Below are positions 40,513 through 50,829 of a DNA stretch of 64,000 nt, one piece after another. The stretch's first letter is position 1, and the number at the start of each line of letters is the position of its first letter. The stretch spans positions 8,494,001-8,558,000 of the forward strand of contig OZ234494.1 of NCBI GenBank assembly GCA_965153455.1, given 5' to 3'. The translations under genes were made by a program, and so were the position numbers. The stretch comes from Sphagnum compactum (lineage: Eukaryota). Below the pieces are notes generated by a model, which saw only the letters and a program-made list of their open reading frames with translations, searched no databases and was not told the DNA's origin.

Positions 40513-41295
40513 GTGAGTCCGTGTAGCTCGGAAACAGCGTGGCGCATCTTCAAGTTTGATATGCATGAGCGGTTTCCTACCGTTGAGTGTTTGCAATACC
40601 ATTTGCCCAATCAACAAATGGTGATGTTTGACGATGACAATAATGTGCAAGAAGTGGCAACACAGTTAGCCATTTCTAGAACGATGCTCACAGAATGGTT
40701 CAAAACAAACCAAGAATCGGAAGTTGCATGAAGCCTTACGTTCAATCAATTCCCTCAGCAATGGGTGTGGAATTGGAAGTTGAAGCGATGAACAATGCGC
40801 AAGAGAGGCTTTGCCATTGGTCGCATGTATTATGCACACCCGACATCAGGTGAACGTTATTATTTGCGAATGTTGCTGAACTGCGTCAAAAGTGCCACAT
40901 CCTACGAACATTTGCGGACAATGGATGGCACAGTGCACGACACACTCAAAGATGCATGCATTGCAATGGGTTTGCTTGCAAACGACAATGAATGGCATCG
41001 AGCCTTAAAAGAAGCTGGTGTTTGGGCCTCAGGACGACAGCTGCGTGACATGTTTGCCTCCATGTTGATGTTTTGTGAGGTCACGAATCTCAGACAGCTA
41101 TGGGATGCACATTGGGAGTCTTTGAGCGATGACACGCTGCGAGCGTGATGATCCAACTGTTACGCTTTCTAAGGATGCACTAAAGGATCGTGCATTGTAT
41201 GAGATCGATCAGGTTCTCATGCGCAACGGACACCGCCTGGAGGATTTTCCAACGCTTCCCAAGTCTAATTACATCCTTTCTGTTCATGGAGGGAA
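40513..41295 (+). pseudogene. Helitron RepHel fragment (region between the Rep and Pif1 helicase domains)
   Basis: ETAWRIFKFDMHERFPTVECLQYHLP...TMLTEWFKTN...FPQQWVWN...IGRMYYAHPTSGERYYLRMLL...DACIAMGLL..DNEW...QLRDMF...LWDAHWESLSDD. In-frame TGA stops at 40729 and 40789; frameshift near 41133. Confidence 0.95.
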
Positions 41296-41334
41296 TGCGT
41301 CCCTTCGTCCATCCATCCCGTCATCCATCCAAAC

Positions 41335-42182
41335 AGAACAAATATATTTTTTTAAAAGGGAAAAACTAGAAAAAAAAGAAAAAAAAAGAAAAACACTTTA
41401 ACAATTAGAAACTTTTTGTAAACACTTAAACATGAAACAAAAAGGGAAATAGAGTAAAATAATCTTAAAAGAAAATTAAAAAATAGATGACAAAAAATAA
41501 GAAACAAAACAGAGAGCAAAAGAAAGAGAAAAAAACCATACTTGAAAAAAAAAAAAGAGGTTTGTCTTCTTTTTCCAAACTTCAAACCTGCATCTAATCA
41601 AACAAAAATAAATTTTTTAAAAATTATTTTTATTATAGAAATTTTTATTTAAAAAAACTAGAAATTTTTGGAAAAGACAATAGAAAATAAATAAATAAAT
41701 AAATTCATAAATGCATAAAAATAGAAAAAAAATGAAGATAGACAAAATAAGAATAGAAACAATTAAAACATGAAACAAACATAAACAAAAAAAGTAAAAG
41801 CACAAAAACTATAAAAAAGGAATGGGAACAAATGAAACAAGGAAAGGGAAATACAATAAAATCATTATAAAAGAAAAAAAAATTACAAAAAAGAAGAAAC
41901 CAAATTAAGAGTAGAAAATAAGAAAAATTAAAACTTATAATAATGAAGAAAAACCCTACTTGAAAAAGAATGGGGTGTGTCTTCTTTCTCCAAACTTCAA
42001 ACTTGCATCCAAATAAACAAAAATACAAAAGTGAAAAAGAAACACTTTATTTTTATTATACAAAATAATAATAAAAACAGAAAACACATAAAAATAAATA
42101 ATAAAAAAGATAAAAGTTTTTAAAAAAAAACTAAAACATGAACCAAACATTGTTGAAATAACACACCTGTGCATTAGGCACG
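41335..42182 (+). repeat. A-rich ~850-bp direct repeat, copy 2 (continues into the complete Helitron 3' end)
   Basis: Colinear with 39524-40349. Confidence 0.95.
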
Positions 42183-42242
42183 GGGTTCAAACTAGTTCCC
42201 TCAAAAAGTAAGTAGAGCCCGACTTCATTCTCAGCTTGTCCC

Positions 42243-42370
42243 GGGCCCCTTGTTTTTAGAATGCCTTCACCCTAGCGTTTTACCTTACACTTTCATTCAT
42301 TTGACAGGGGGCCCCTTGTTTCTAGAATGCCTTCACCCTGGTGTTTTTACCTTACACTTTCATTTGACAT
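42243..42370. repeat. Two-copy ~65-bp tandem duplication
   Basis: GGGCCCCTTGTTT.TAGAATGCCTTCACCCT...TTACCTTACACTTTCATT...TGACA occurs twice. Confidence 0.85.
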
Positions 42371-42659
42371 TCACCATGGGTTTTATTTTTGGGGGTTCAA
42401 ACTTTGTTTATTCCACCCTGAAACAAGTTGAAACAAAATTCATCACATTTTTGGACTGTGATTTTAGTTTGATAGCAATTTGTTAACTAGTTTAAAAATC
42501 ATACTTAGACAGGCGCCACCATTTAATGCTAAATCCGTGTTGGGTGCTAGGCAATGACACAACATTAGAAAATTGAAAAAAAAATTAAAAAAATCACCAT
42601 TGGTGAACTCTTTGTTCTCGTTCTTTGTACTAAAATTTATACATTTAAATCCAAAACTA

Positions 42660-42988
42660 CAAGGGGTGTGTCACACTGTGGCCTTGCCATTTACATTAAA
42701 AAGTATCTTAAGAAGGCAAAAGAAGAATTATGGAAACTCAAATATTTCACCATGCAAAAATATATTAATCTTCAAAAAATCCTCTAAAAAAAACCAAAAT
42801 CCTTCAAGATATTACAACTCTAAAACTAATCTCAAGTTTCAACACAAGCCAAAACATCATCTCTCAAAAATCCTCATATAAAAATAGACATATTACCTAT
42901 GGGTCAAGACTCAAAATCCCTTAAACTACTATACTCTATAAGGAATCTAGACACAATATCTTTGGCCTTGGTAGGCAAGGCCAACAAA
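42660..42988 (-). mobile_element. HINE-like element, copy C
   Basis: Full-length match to copies A and B with both structured ends. Confidence 0.7.
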
Positions 42989-43671
42989 CTGTAAAGTACA
43001 TCAATTAAGTGGGCTACTGGTCAATTTACTTACTTCAGCCCTATGTTATAGTCCTTCAGATCCTGATTTAGTGTAAACATGGAAGATTTGTAATATTTAG
43101 AAATAATTTAAATGGATTTTGGGATTTTTACCATGGTACCAACATGGTTGCTAGATCACTCCCTCAGATTCAAATTTTTGTTAGTAATTTTTTTCCCAAG
43201 GGATCCCAAGTTCTTTAGATTCTTTGGGAATAGATTATGTTTTGAATCATTTGCACAGAATTTGTGAAAAAAAAGTGCAGGAGTAAAGAGGTGTTTTAGA
43301 ATGCTTTTGAGGTCATGTTTTTGAGAATAATGACAATGATCTCTTGCTGTGTATAGGCAACCCAGCAACTTTTAACTTGTTTGGCTTCCCCTTATCATTC
43401 ATTTATCAACATCATTTAGACATGGGCATAATATATATTCAAATGTAAATGTTCAAGCTTTTTTTTCAAGTCCAAAAATCCCATGTAATTTAAGTCAAGA
43501 AGGGACATGGTTCTTTGATGGGAAATGTACCATAAGTTGCATTTCTAGAGGATGGGTCTAATCCCCAAGACAAACATTCTTTCTAGGGACAAAATAACCA
43601 TCTGGAACACCTTGAATCCCTCAATGTGAAGGTCCATGAACAATTTTGATGGGAAAAATTTCACAAAAGTG

Positions 43672-44047
43672 AGGGGGTACCTATTTGTTGATTCTAATAG
43701 TTAGTGAGGTGGTACACCCAAAATTTTAAAATTTTTGCTTTGAAGGAGCAACTTTGATTGGCCCACCTTCGATATTTTTTAGAAACTTGGGCAGCCCCCT
43801 CCCCCCCTTGAAGCACCTCTGTGACCCCCATGCCCTAAAATAGAAGCATAGTGGCTTCGGAGCACGTCATTTTAGTTTGTATATATCACAGTTCAACCTT
43901 AGCCGAAGCATAAAATCAGAAGGGAAAACCAAGAGAGGAGAAGAGAAGAGAAGAGCAGTGCCTCCAAATGCATGTTCACTCCAAATTTAAATGTTTTATT
44001 TTTAAAACTTTTGGTCACCATTTTCAACCTGGGTGCTAATACCCCCC
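43672..44047. mobile_element. Probable MITE with short GGGGGTA/TACCCCC ends
   Basis: Inverted terminal motifs only; no second copy or clear TSD seen. Confidence 0.3.
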
Positions 44048-45163
44048 TTTACTTCACAAATTTGTGTAAATTTTATAATTAATTAAAAAAACTGCACGGG
44101 AGGTGGGAAGTTGACACACAAAGTTAACACTCAAGTAGATTAACCTTTTATGGTGTGTACCCAATTAAAATCCTCTAATTACATTAAAAAATGTGTCTAC
44201 TTGTATTCAAGATTCAGTTTGGGGTTTCTTATGCAATTGACACTTCTAGGACTTCTCTACTATGTGGCATGAACATGCAAATCCCATACTACGTATGCTC
44301 AATGTGTGCTTCGTTCTCAAAATTTAAATCAAAGTTCGCTAACTTCAACAATTAATTACCAACACCTTGTGTGCAGGTTTTTTATTTTTAAAAATTATTT
44401 TTTTATTTTTCAATTTTGAGATCTCATAAGAATTGGAGATTTTTTCAAATTTACATTTGAACAAAAGAATTTCCAATTTTTTTGTTGGAAAAATGACAAA
44501 ATTTGTCCGCAAAAAAAAACCTTGCTTGTGTGATTTAATAGTTTCTTGGCCATCACAAACATCCGTCCATTCTACATCAAAGAGAATGGAACAAGAAGAA
44601 GCAGATGGATGTATGATAAATCTATTGAAATAGGTACCTACATATCATCCATCCGATGGAAAGAAGTTTATGTCGGACACACAATCTAGAAATAGACAAA
44701 TATACATACGACCAAATTAGATGACATCCAGATGATGTAGTCTTATTGTGAGAAGTCTTAAAGTAAATGTGCTTTCTCTGCGGTCTTCATTCAGAAATGG
44801 CATTTGGCAACAAACAGGGCTCTGAAGAAGCATGACAGAGGTACTTATAGTCAACTCTGTAACATTAGGTACGGAGTACCAACTTTCCCATTTCTGATGA
44901 TACGCAACAAAAAAAAAGTCATAGTAATAATATGTATAGTATGTGGCCGAGGCTTTTTTTTTTTGGTTGCTTTCTGGAACCACCCATGTTTTTTGGATGG
45001 GCTTCTTTGTGTTTGGGGCTCCTGGACGACGCAGAAACTGTTGTTCAAAGGGGGGTGGGGAACAATCGACAAATTTTCAAGTCTGTTTGTTCCAAAACTC
45101 CAAACAATAACAATCACTACTAAGGCAGTGGACAGACCGTCCCTCTCTTCTTGGTGCTGTACT

Positions 45164-45496
45164 CTAATTTGTTCAGTTGCCGGAAGAAGAAAACCTAATT
45201 TGTTCAGTTGCAAGAAGAAGAAAACCTAATTTGTTCAGTTGCTGGAAGAAGAAAACCTAATTTGTTCAGTTGCCAGAAGAAGGAAACCTAATTTGTTCAG
45301 TTGCGGAAAAAGAAAACCTAATTTGTTCAGTTGGGGGAAGAAGAAAACCTAATTTGGTTCAGTTGCGGGAAGAAGAAAACCTAATTTGCTCAGTTGGGGG
45401 AAGAAGGAAACCTGATTTGTTCAGTTGTGAAAGAAGAAAACCAAATTTTTTCAGTTGCGGAAGAAGAAAACCTAATTTGTTCACTTGCGGAAGAAG
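45164..45496. repeat. Minisatellite, ~11 x 30-33 bp
   Basis: Consensus CTAATTTGTTCAGTTGC(C)GGAAGAAGAAAAC. Confidence 0.95.
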
Positions 45497-45627
45497 GGTT
45501 TAGACCAAATCACGCGTATTAATTTTAACCTCACAATTCGGCATATTTGTAATATTTAGAAGCAATTTCAATACATTTTGGGATTTTTACACCGGTGCCA
45601 ATGTGTGTGCTGGTTCACTGCAAGGCC
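45497..45627. mobile_element. Half copy of the GAACCAGCACC MITE family; other partial copies at ~43060-43162 and ~48070-48094
   Basis: ATTTGTAATATTTAGAA...ATTTTGGGATTTTTAC..GGTGCCAATGTGTGTGCTGGTTCAC..CAAGGCC matches the end of 18998-19286. Confidence 0.65.
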
Positions 45628-48279
45628 ATATGAAGGGTTGTGCCTGTGGACGGCTTTTGTTTTTAATGGATTTTTTTCCCCAAATGGTGAATTTTTTATA
45701 AAAAATCTAAAATAAAGTGGATTTTGAAATTTTTGATCGTGAGGATTAGGAAAATAAAATAAAAATAAAAATTGCAAGATTTTCTGTACACGGTTCAAGT
45801 AGTTAGCCACAAATATAGAATGATGTTTAAATTAGTTTTACTTTCATATCTGACTTATTTTCCTATGGATGGATGATAACCAAATTTACAAAAGAGAAGA
45901 ACTGCCTTGCAGATGGATCCTGAAAGTAGTAAAAAGCAAGTCTTCTAAGTTTTTAAGTCTCATCTTTTGTTGGGATTTTTGCTGTAAGATGCAACCCAAA
46001 AAAAAGAAAAAAAAAAGGGGGGAAAAAAAAACCCTAAATAAAAGAAAGCATCAGTAGGCTAGGCACTCATTTGTTCCTTTATCTGGTCTCATCTTCAAAC
46101 CAAGAGAAGAAGGGCCATGAGAAAACCAATTTCACTATATATCACCAGGTGGCTAAATGTTTTAGGCTTACTAACCTTCTCACCTACCTACCTACTACAC
46201 CAATACAGATGGGCTTACTAACCTTCCCACCTACCTACCTAAAAACAACCCCAAGGTCAACATGGCCAAGCTCAAATGATGTAAACCCAGGAATTTTGTT
46301 AAATTGTTAATCATTGTTAGAGCTCTCCACCCAACCTTAGAATTTACATTTGCTTCTTACAAAAGATGGAGTGCCAAAATTATATTGTCCCATGGAGAGA
46401 TACTCAAAAATCTCTTGGTAATTTTGAATGTAGAAGTAATGAAATGGCAGGGGGTAGTAACTTATTTCTTTTCTTTTACAGTAGGACAAAGTTCACATTT
46501 GTAATACATATAAGTTCAATACATTATGGACCAGGTAACTGCGGAAAGGGCACATGTCATATTGGCCATAACTGCTTTTACACAAGTGTTGAGCTTATGG
46601 GTTATGGAACATAGAAGGGAGTGAGTTAATGATATTCAGCCAACCAACGTGCAAAAAGATTTTACAAAGGTATGAAAATATCAGAAGGCAACAAAATATG
46701 TACACTATAACTTGGAAGCTCTTGTTTAATGGTGTGTTATCACATTAGCAAATTGCTCCCTACAATTGATTGCAAATAGGATACTTATAACATTATAAAT
46801 GATCATATTATTATACTAAATACAATGTGCATAAACAAGTGTGTGGAGCACTAGCAAAATTTTTTTGGTAATGTTGAGTGTAAAAGTAACTCAGTACAAT
46901 GTCAATTTGCAATAGGTCCTAGGACCTAGGTTCTTACTTTTTTAATTCGGGTAGAGGACTAGGTCGTAAATGACTTGGGTAACAACTAGTGTCAAATTGA
47001 ACACACATGGCAGTGGGGCAAAGCAAGACTTTAGCATACCACCAATTGGCATAGTATGTGCTTTTGAGGCTCATGCAAAAATTTACACACGTCTAGTTTT
47101 ATTTAGTAGTAGAATCTTTTCATGAATAGTAATATGGGTAATAAAAAGTTATGTCATTATAAGGTTATCTAGAAGTAAAATAGCTGGTAGGGCTGAGTCA
47201 GCACTGGTAATGACACAGAATTTTAAACTTTCCCCCCCCCAAAAAGAAAAGGAAAATTGTCATAATAATTGAGGACCCTTTTTCCCATCACCACCTCCCA
47301 AAAGTAAGAATAACCTAAAGGAGTTACAAAGGGGGGTAAAGAAAGAACTTCATAATGAAGTAAGTAGGGAGGTAGGTGAAATAGTAGGGAGGAGGGTAGG
47401 TAAAATAGTAGGGAGGGCTGAGTCAGCATAGATGGATAAGCTTGAGTGTTATTGCCCATCACCTTTCTAGGGTTTTCAGTACACTTTTGGCATACCTCTG
47501 TAGGCTTGTGGGCCACCTGGTGCTCTCTTTTACTGGCTACAGGACACTGGGCTATATTTGTATTGTAATTGAAAGCCAGAGAGATATGATGCTTTCTCCT
47601 TCCTTCTGACTCACTACTAGCCTTATATCCCTTCTCCCCCCTCCCCCTTACTACTACTTTTGATGTCTCTTTTGATGCTAGAACAACAACACTGGTGGTA
47701 ATAGCTAGGTGGCATCTCATCCATCCACGTGGCATACCCTTGTCTCCCCTGTTGTTTCTGACTCAACTCCAAACTCCAGTCAGCAGGAGCTACTTAAGTT
47801 ACTCGGGTTAACTTGACCTAAGAGACATCTCCACCCACACCACCACAACCCACTAGGTATTTGGTTTTTGAGCCTCTACTAGTATTTACCACTCTCTAGT
47901 CTCTACTGTTGCCCATTTTTCGACCAACAATTTGGGAATTTTGTGGATGAATGTGTTTTCCTAGTGTAAGTTTGATTTTATTTATTATTTTATTTGGGTA
48001 TTTTTTGGGGAAAATATCACCACTTTTTTTGTATCCCAATATTATTATTTATTATTTTAAAAAACCCCTGATGTGTGCTGGTTCACCATGGCCCTTAGAT
48101 TTGGGGGTGGGGGGAGAAAGGTCACAGAGCAACAAAAGGGTAACAAGTTGGGTTGTGTTGGTTAGTTAGTGAGCCACCCACCACCAATTTAGCCTGTTGT
48201 AACCTATTTGCATAAGGTTGGAGCTTTCTGGAAGTTCTGGAATGACAAATTTTCGTGTGTGGAAACTTACTAACATAAA

Positions 48280-48558
48280 CAAGGGTTGTGTCACACTGTG
48301 GCCTTGCCATTTACATTTTAAAAATCCTCTAAAAAGAAACCAAAATCCTTCAAGATATTATAACTCTATAACTAATAATCTCAAGTTTCAACACAAGCCA
48401 AATTACCATCTTTCAAAAATTCTCATATAAAAAAATAGACATATTATTATTATTATTACCTAGTAGGGGCCTATAAAAATCCCTTAAGCTACTATACTCT
48501 ATAATGAATCTAAACACAATAATATCCTTGCCTTGGTAGGCCAATAAAGGCCAATAAA
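48280..48558 (-). mobile_element. HINE-like element, copy D (internal deletion of ~80 bp)
   Basis: Both ends match the family; the segment between TTTACATT and AAAAATCCTCT is missing. Confidence 0.7.
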
Positions 48559-48568
48559 CATGACTCAC

Positions 48569-48681
48569 ACACTTGATAACTTGCCCCAACTCCTGTTTGA
48601 CTAATAAGTTCACTCTCTTTGGAGGGAGTCTTAAAGTATCATCATCACTGGGTGAGTTTCCTTTCCTTTCTATCCAGTAGC
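48569..48681 (-). other. Candidate orphan exon (113 nt)
   Basis: Pyrimidine tract with CTAAC then TAG| on one side and |GTGAGT on the other. Open frame YWIERKGNSPSDDDTLRLPPKRVNLLVKQELGQVIKC; product not recognised. Confidence 0.3.
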
Positions 48682-50618
48682 CTAAGAAGTTAGTAATAAA
48701 AGAGACATGATGGAAACCTCCCTGCAGAGCTTTATAGCAATCCCTGTTATTATTACACACTTGAACCTAATAACTTTTTTCTATCATCACTTCTCATCAG
48801 CATCATTCCAGAAAAAAGGTTTGCCTGTCAAAGAGAGATGGGTCTTATTGTACTCACTAGGCGTGCATATGATGATGGATGATGGGCATGTTCCATAGAA
48901 GTGCATACATCTCGATGGGAAGGTCTAGATCCAATAAGGGAAGGAAGTTCGCTTTGTTTGAAATTTGAATATATGCCATAAAAGGGCAAAGCCAATTGCA
49001 CAATGGGCTACTTGTTTGATACCTACAACAACCAATCTTTTTTTTTAGTGGAAAAATTTTGTTAGCTTCCCCCGCCCCCCCCCCCCCCAATGAAATGGGT
49101 CTCGTGACCATTGCGCTAAAATTTTAATTTGGAGGTGGTCTTTTGAAATTCATGGCCTTCAGTTATGCTATGTATTATTTATTTTTTTGCCTCGGCCTCT
49201 CAAAAATTGATTGTAGACAGGTAATGAGAGGGTTAGCAAGATAGAATATATTGAAATCTCCCCCACCAAACCCTAGAGTACTGGAGTACTTGGGCTGGTT
49301 CTGCAGCAAGGTGCCTAATAATAATAATAATAATTTTGTCATTTACTTTCGGCAGTAAAAATGATAATATTTTATAATTAGGTATTTCCTAAATAATGAA
49401 ACTAGTGGGGTGCTTGATTGAACATTTCTTTCAGATTTTCAGCATGGCAGGTAAGTATTTTCAGAATTTCTGGCAATTTCAAACATTTAACCTTATCGAT
49501 GCTAATGAAGAAAAAAATGCATATCAAATAATTTCCCAACTTCAAGTGTTAATCTAATGTTATTTCTAACACACTTTCTTTTTTTGAATTACCCAAACCT
49601 TAAACCCTACACGTGGGCAATTGAAAAAAGTTCATCTTTATCACCTTGATTAAAAAAAATAATCCTTGACAATGAAACTCCACAAGTAAATTGGATATGA
49701 CCCACTCCTTAAAACACATGAATTTCTAAGTGTGGACGATCACAACCATGGCTGAATTGAATTTGCATCAACAAATATTTCATTGGGAAATTAGTAATCA
49801 AACTTAAATAAAAATAACAATTTATTATTATTATTTTAGATACTCATAAAATATGGCCTTGCAATTAGGTAATAAATTTGCTTTCAAGGTTTTATAACTT
49901 CTAATCATTTGCATATTGGGGATAGCTAATGAAAATGCATGTGAGTTCTTTCTAATTTCTCTTTCTTTTGACCCTAAATTGCTTTCGTGGGAACATGAAG
50001 TGAAAGACATATACAATCACCAAACGTGTACCAAAAATATGATCAAAAATTTATGTGTTATAACATACATGCATGTTCTTAAAAATATTCTCGAGTATTC
50101 TTTTTTATTCTACATTATACCATATATTCTTCTAGGTGTACATGAAACAATTGTTTCTTCCATATGATCATTATCCTTGAACAATTAGGTTAAATGCTTT
50201 AAATAATGTTCCCCCATTAATGTTGAACAAAAAACCTTATCCATATGAGAACCTCCATACTAGGGGAATGGATTGTGATGATGTTTGCCATCAACACCTT
50301 TTTTATAACAATGCAAGACACAATCTCCCTTTAAATACATGCAAGATTTTATTAGTTAACATTATTGTTACAACATGCTTTGGAACATATGTATATACAA
50401 TGATGATTGTATTTCAATCTAGGATGACAATATCTATAAAAAACAATTAAAATTGCAATATGTTTGTTTTTAGACCTAGATACTGACCTCCTTTCCTTAC
50501 AGACTGACTTGGGTATGATAAGGTTTATGTTTAAAAAGTATAATTTTTTGATGGGTAAGAGTGAAAGAGAGGGGGAAAGAAAAAAAGAAACATTGGGGAA
50601 AGGGGAAAGAGTGGGGGG

Positions 50619-50829
50619 TGCCTTGGGTGAACCAGCACCCACATTGGTACCATGGTAAAAATCCAAAATCCGTTTAATGTATTTCTAAATATTACAAATA
50701 TCCCATGCTTAGTTTAAATCAGGGTCTTTGAGTTCAAATCTAAATATTTTGCTGGGCTTAATATGGTGACTAACATGCCTCACTAATAAATGTGAAGGTA
50801 CCAACATGGGTGCTGGTTCACCTTGGCCA
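50619..50829. mobile_element. MITE of the GAACCAGCACC family, inverted relative to 18998-19286
   Basis: TIRs GCCTTGGGTGAACCAGCACCCACATTGGTACC / GGTACCAACATGGGTGCTGGTTCACCTTGGCC; the interior matches the other copy. Confidence 0.8.

Larger units (their letters stand above)
39500..42195 (+). mobile_element. Composite defective Helitron (2.7 kb)
   Basis: 5' A|TCTATGTACG at 39500; 3' hairpin CCTGTGC-attag-GCACGGG then TTCAAACTAG|T at 42195. Contains a RepHel fragment; A|T target, no TSD. Confidence 0.88.

Noticed and set aside
39482..42174. Phe/Leu-rich membrane-protein-like ORFs on the minus strand
   Set aside because: They are translations of the T-rich complement of the Helitron A-rich arms.
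39524..42182. LTR retrotransposon suggested by the long direct repeats
   Set aside because: No TG...CA ends, PBS, PPT or TSD; the interior is RepHel and the termini are Helitron-type.
45164..45503. CRISPR-like 31-bp repeats and the repeat-encoded ORFs
   Set aside because: No spacers, no cas genes and a eukaryotic context; the ORFs are by-products of the tandem repeat.
47223..47735. 170-aa ORF as a gene
   Set aside because: It runs through low-complexity repeats with no domain signal; its length is explained by locally higher GC.
17645..48430. Small multigene family (ORFs 17645-17878, 42573-42881 and 48218-48430 sharing NQNPSRYYNS...HLSKILI)
   Set aside because: All lie in copies of the HINE-like repeat, start in unrelated flanks, and the frame is broken by indels between copies.
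48799..48981. Selenoprotein-like read-through of an in-frame TGA on the plus strand
   Set aside because: No recognisable redox motif or SECIS element, and land plants are not known to use selenocysteine.
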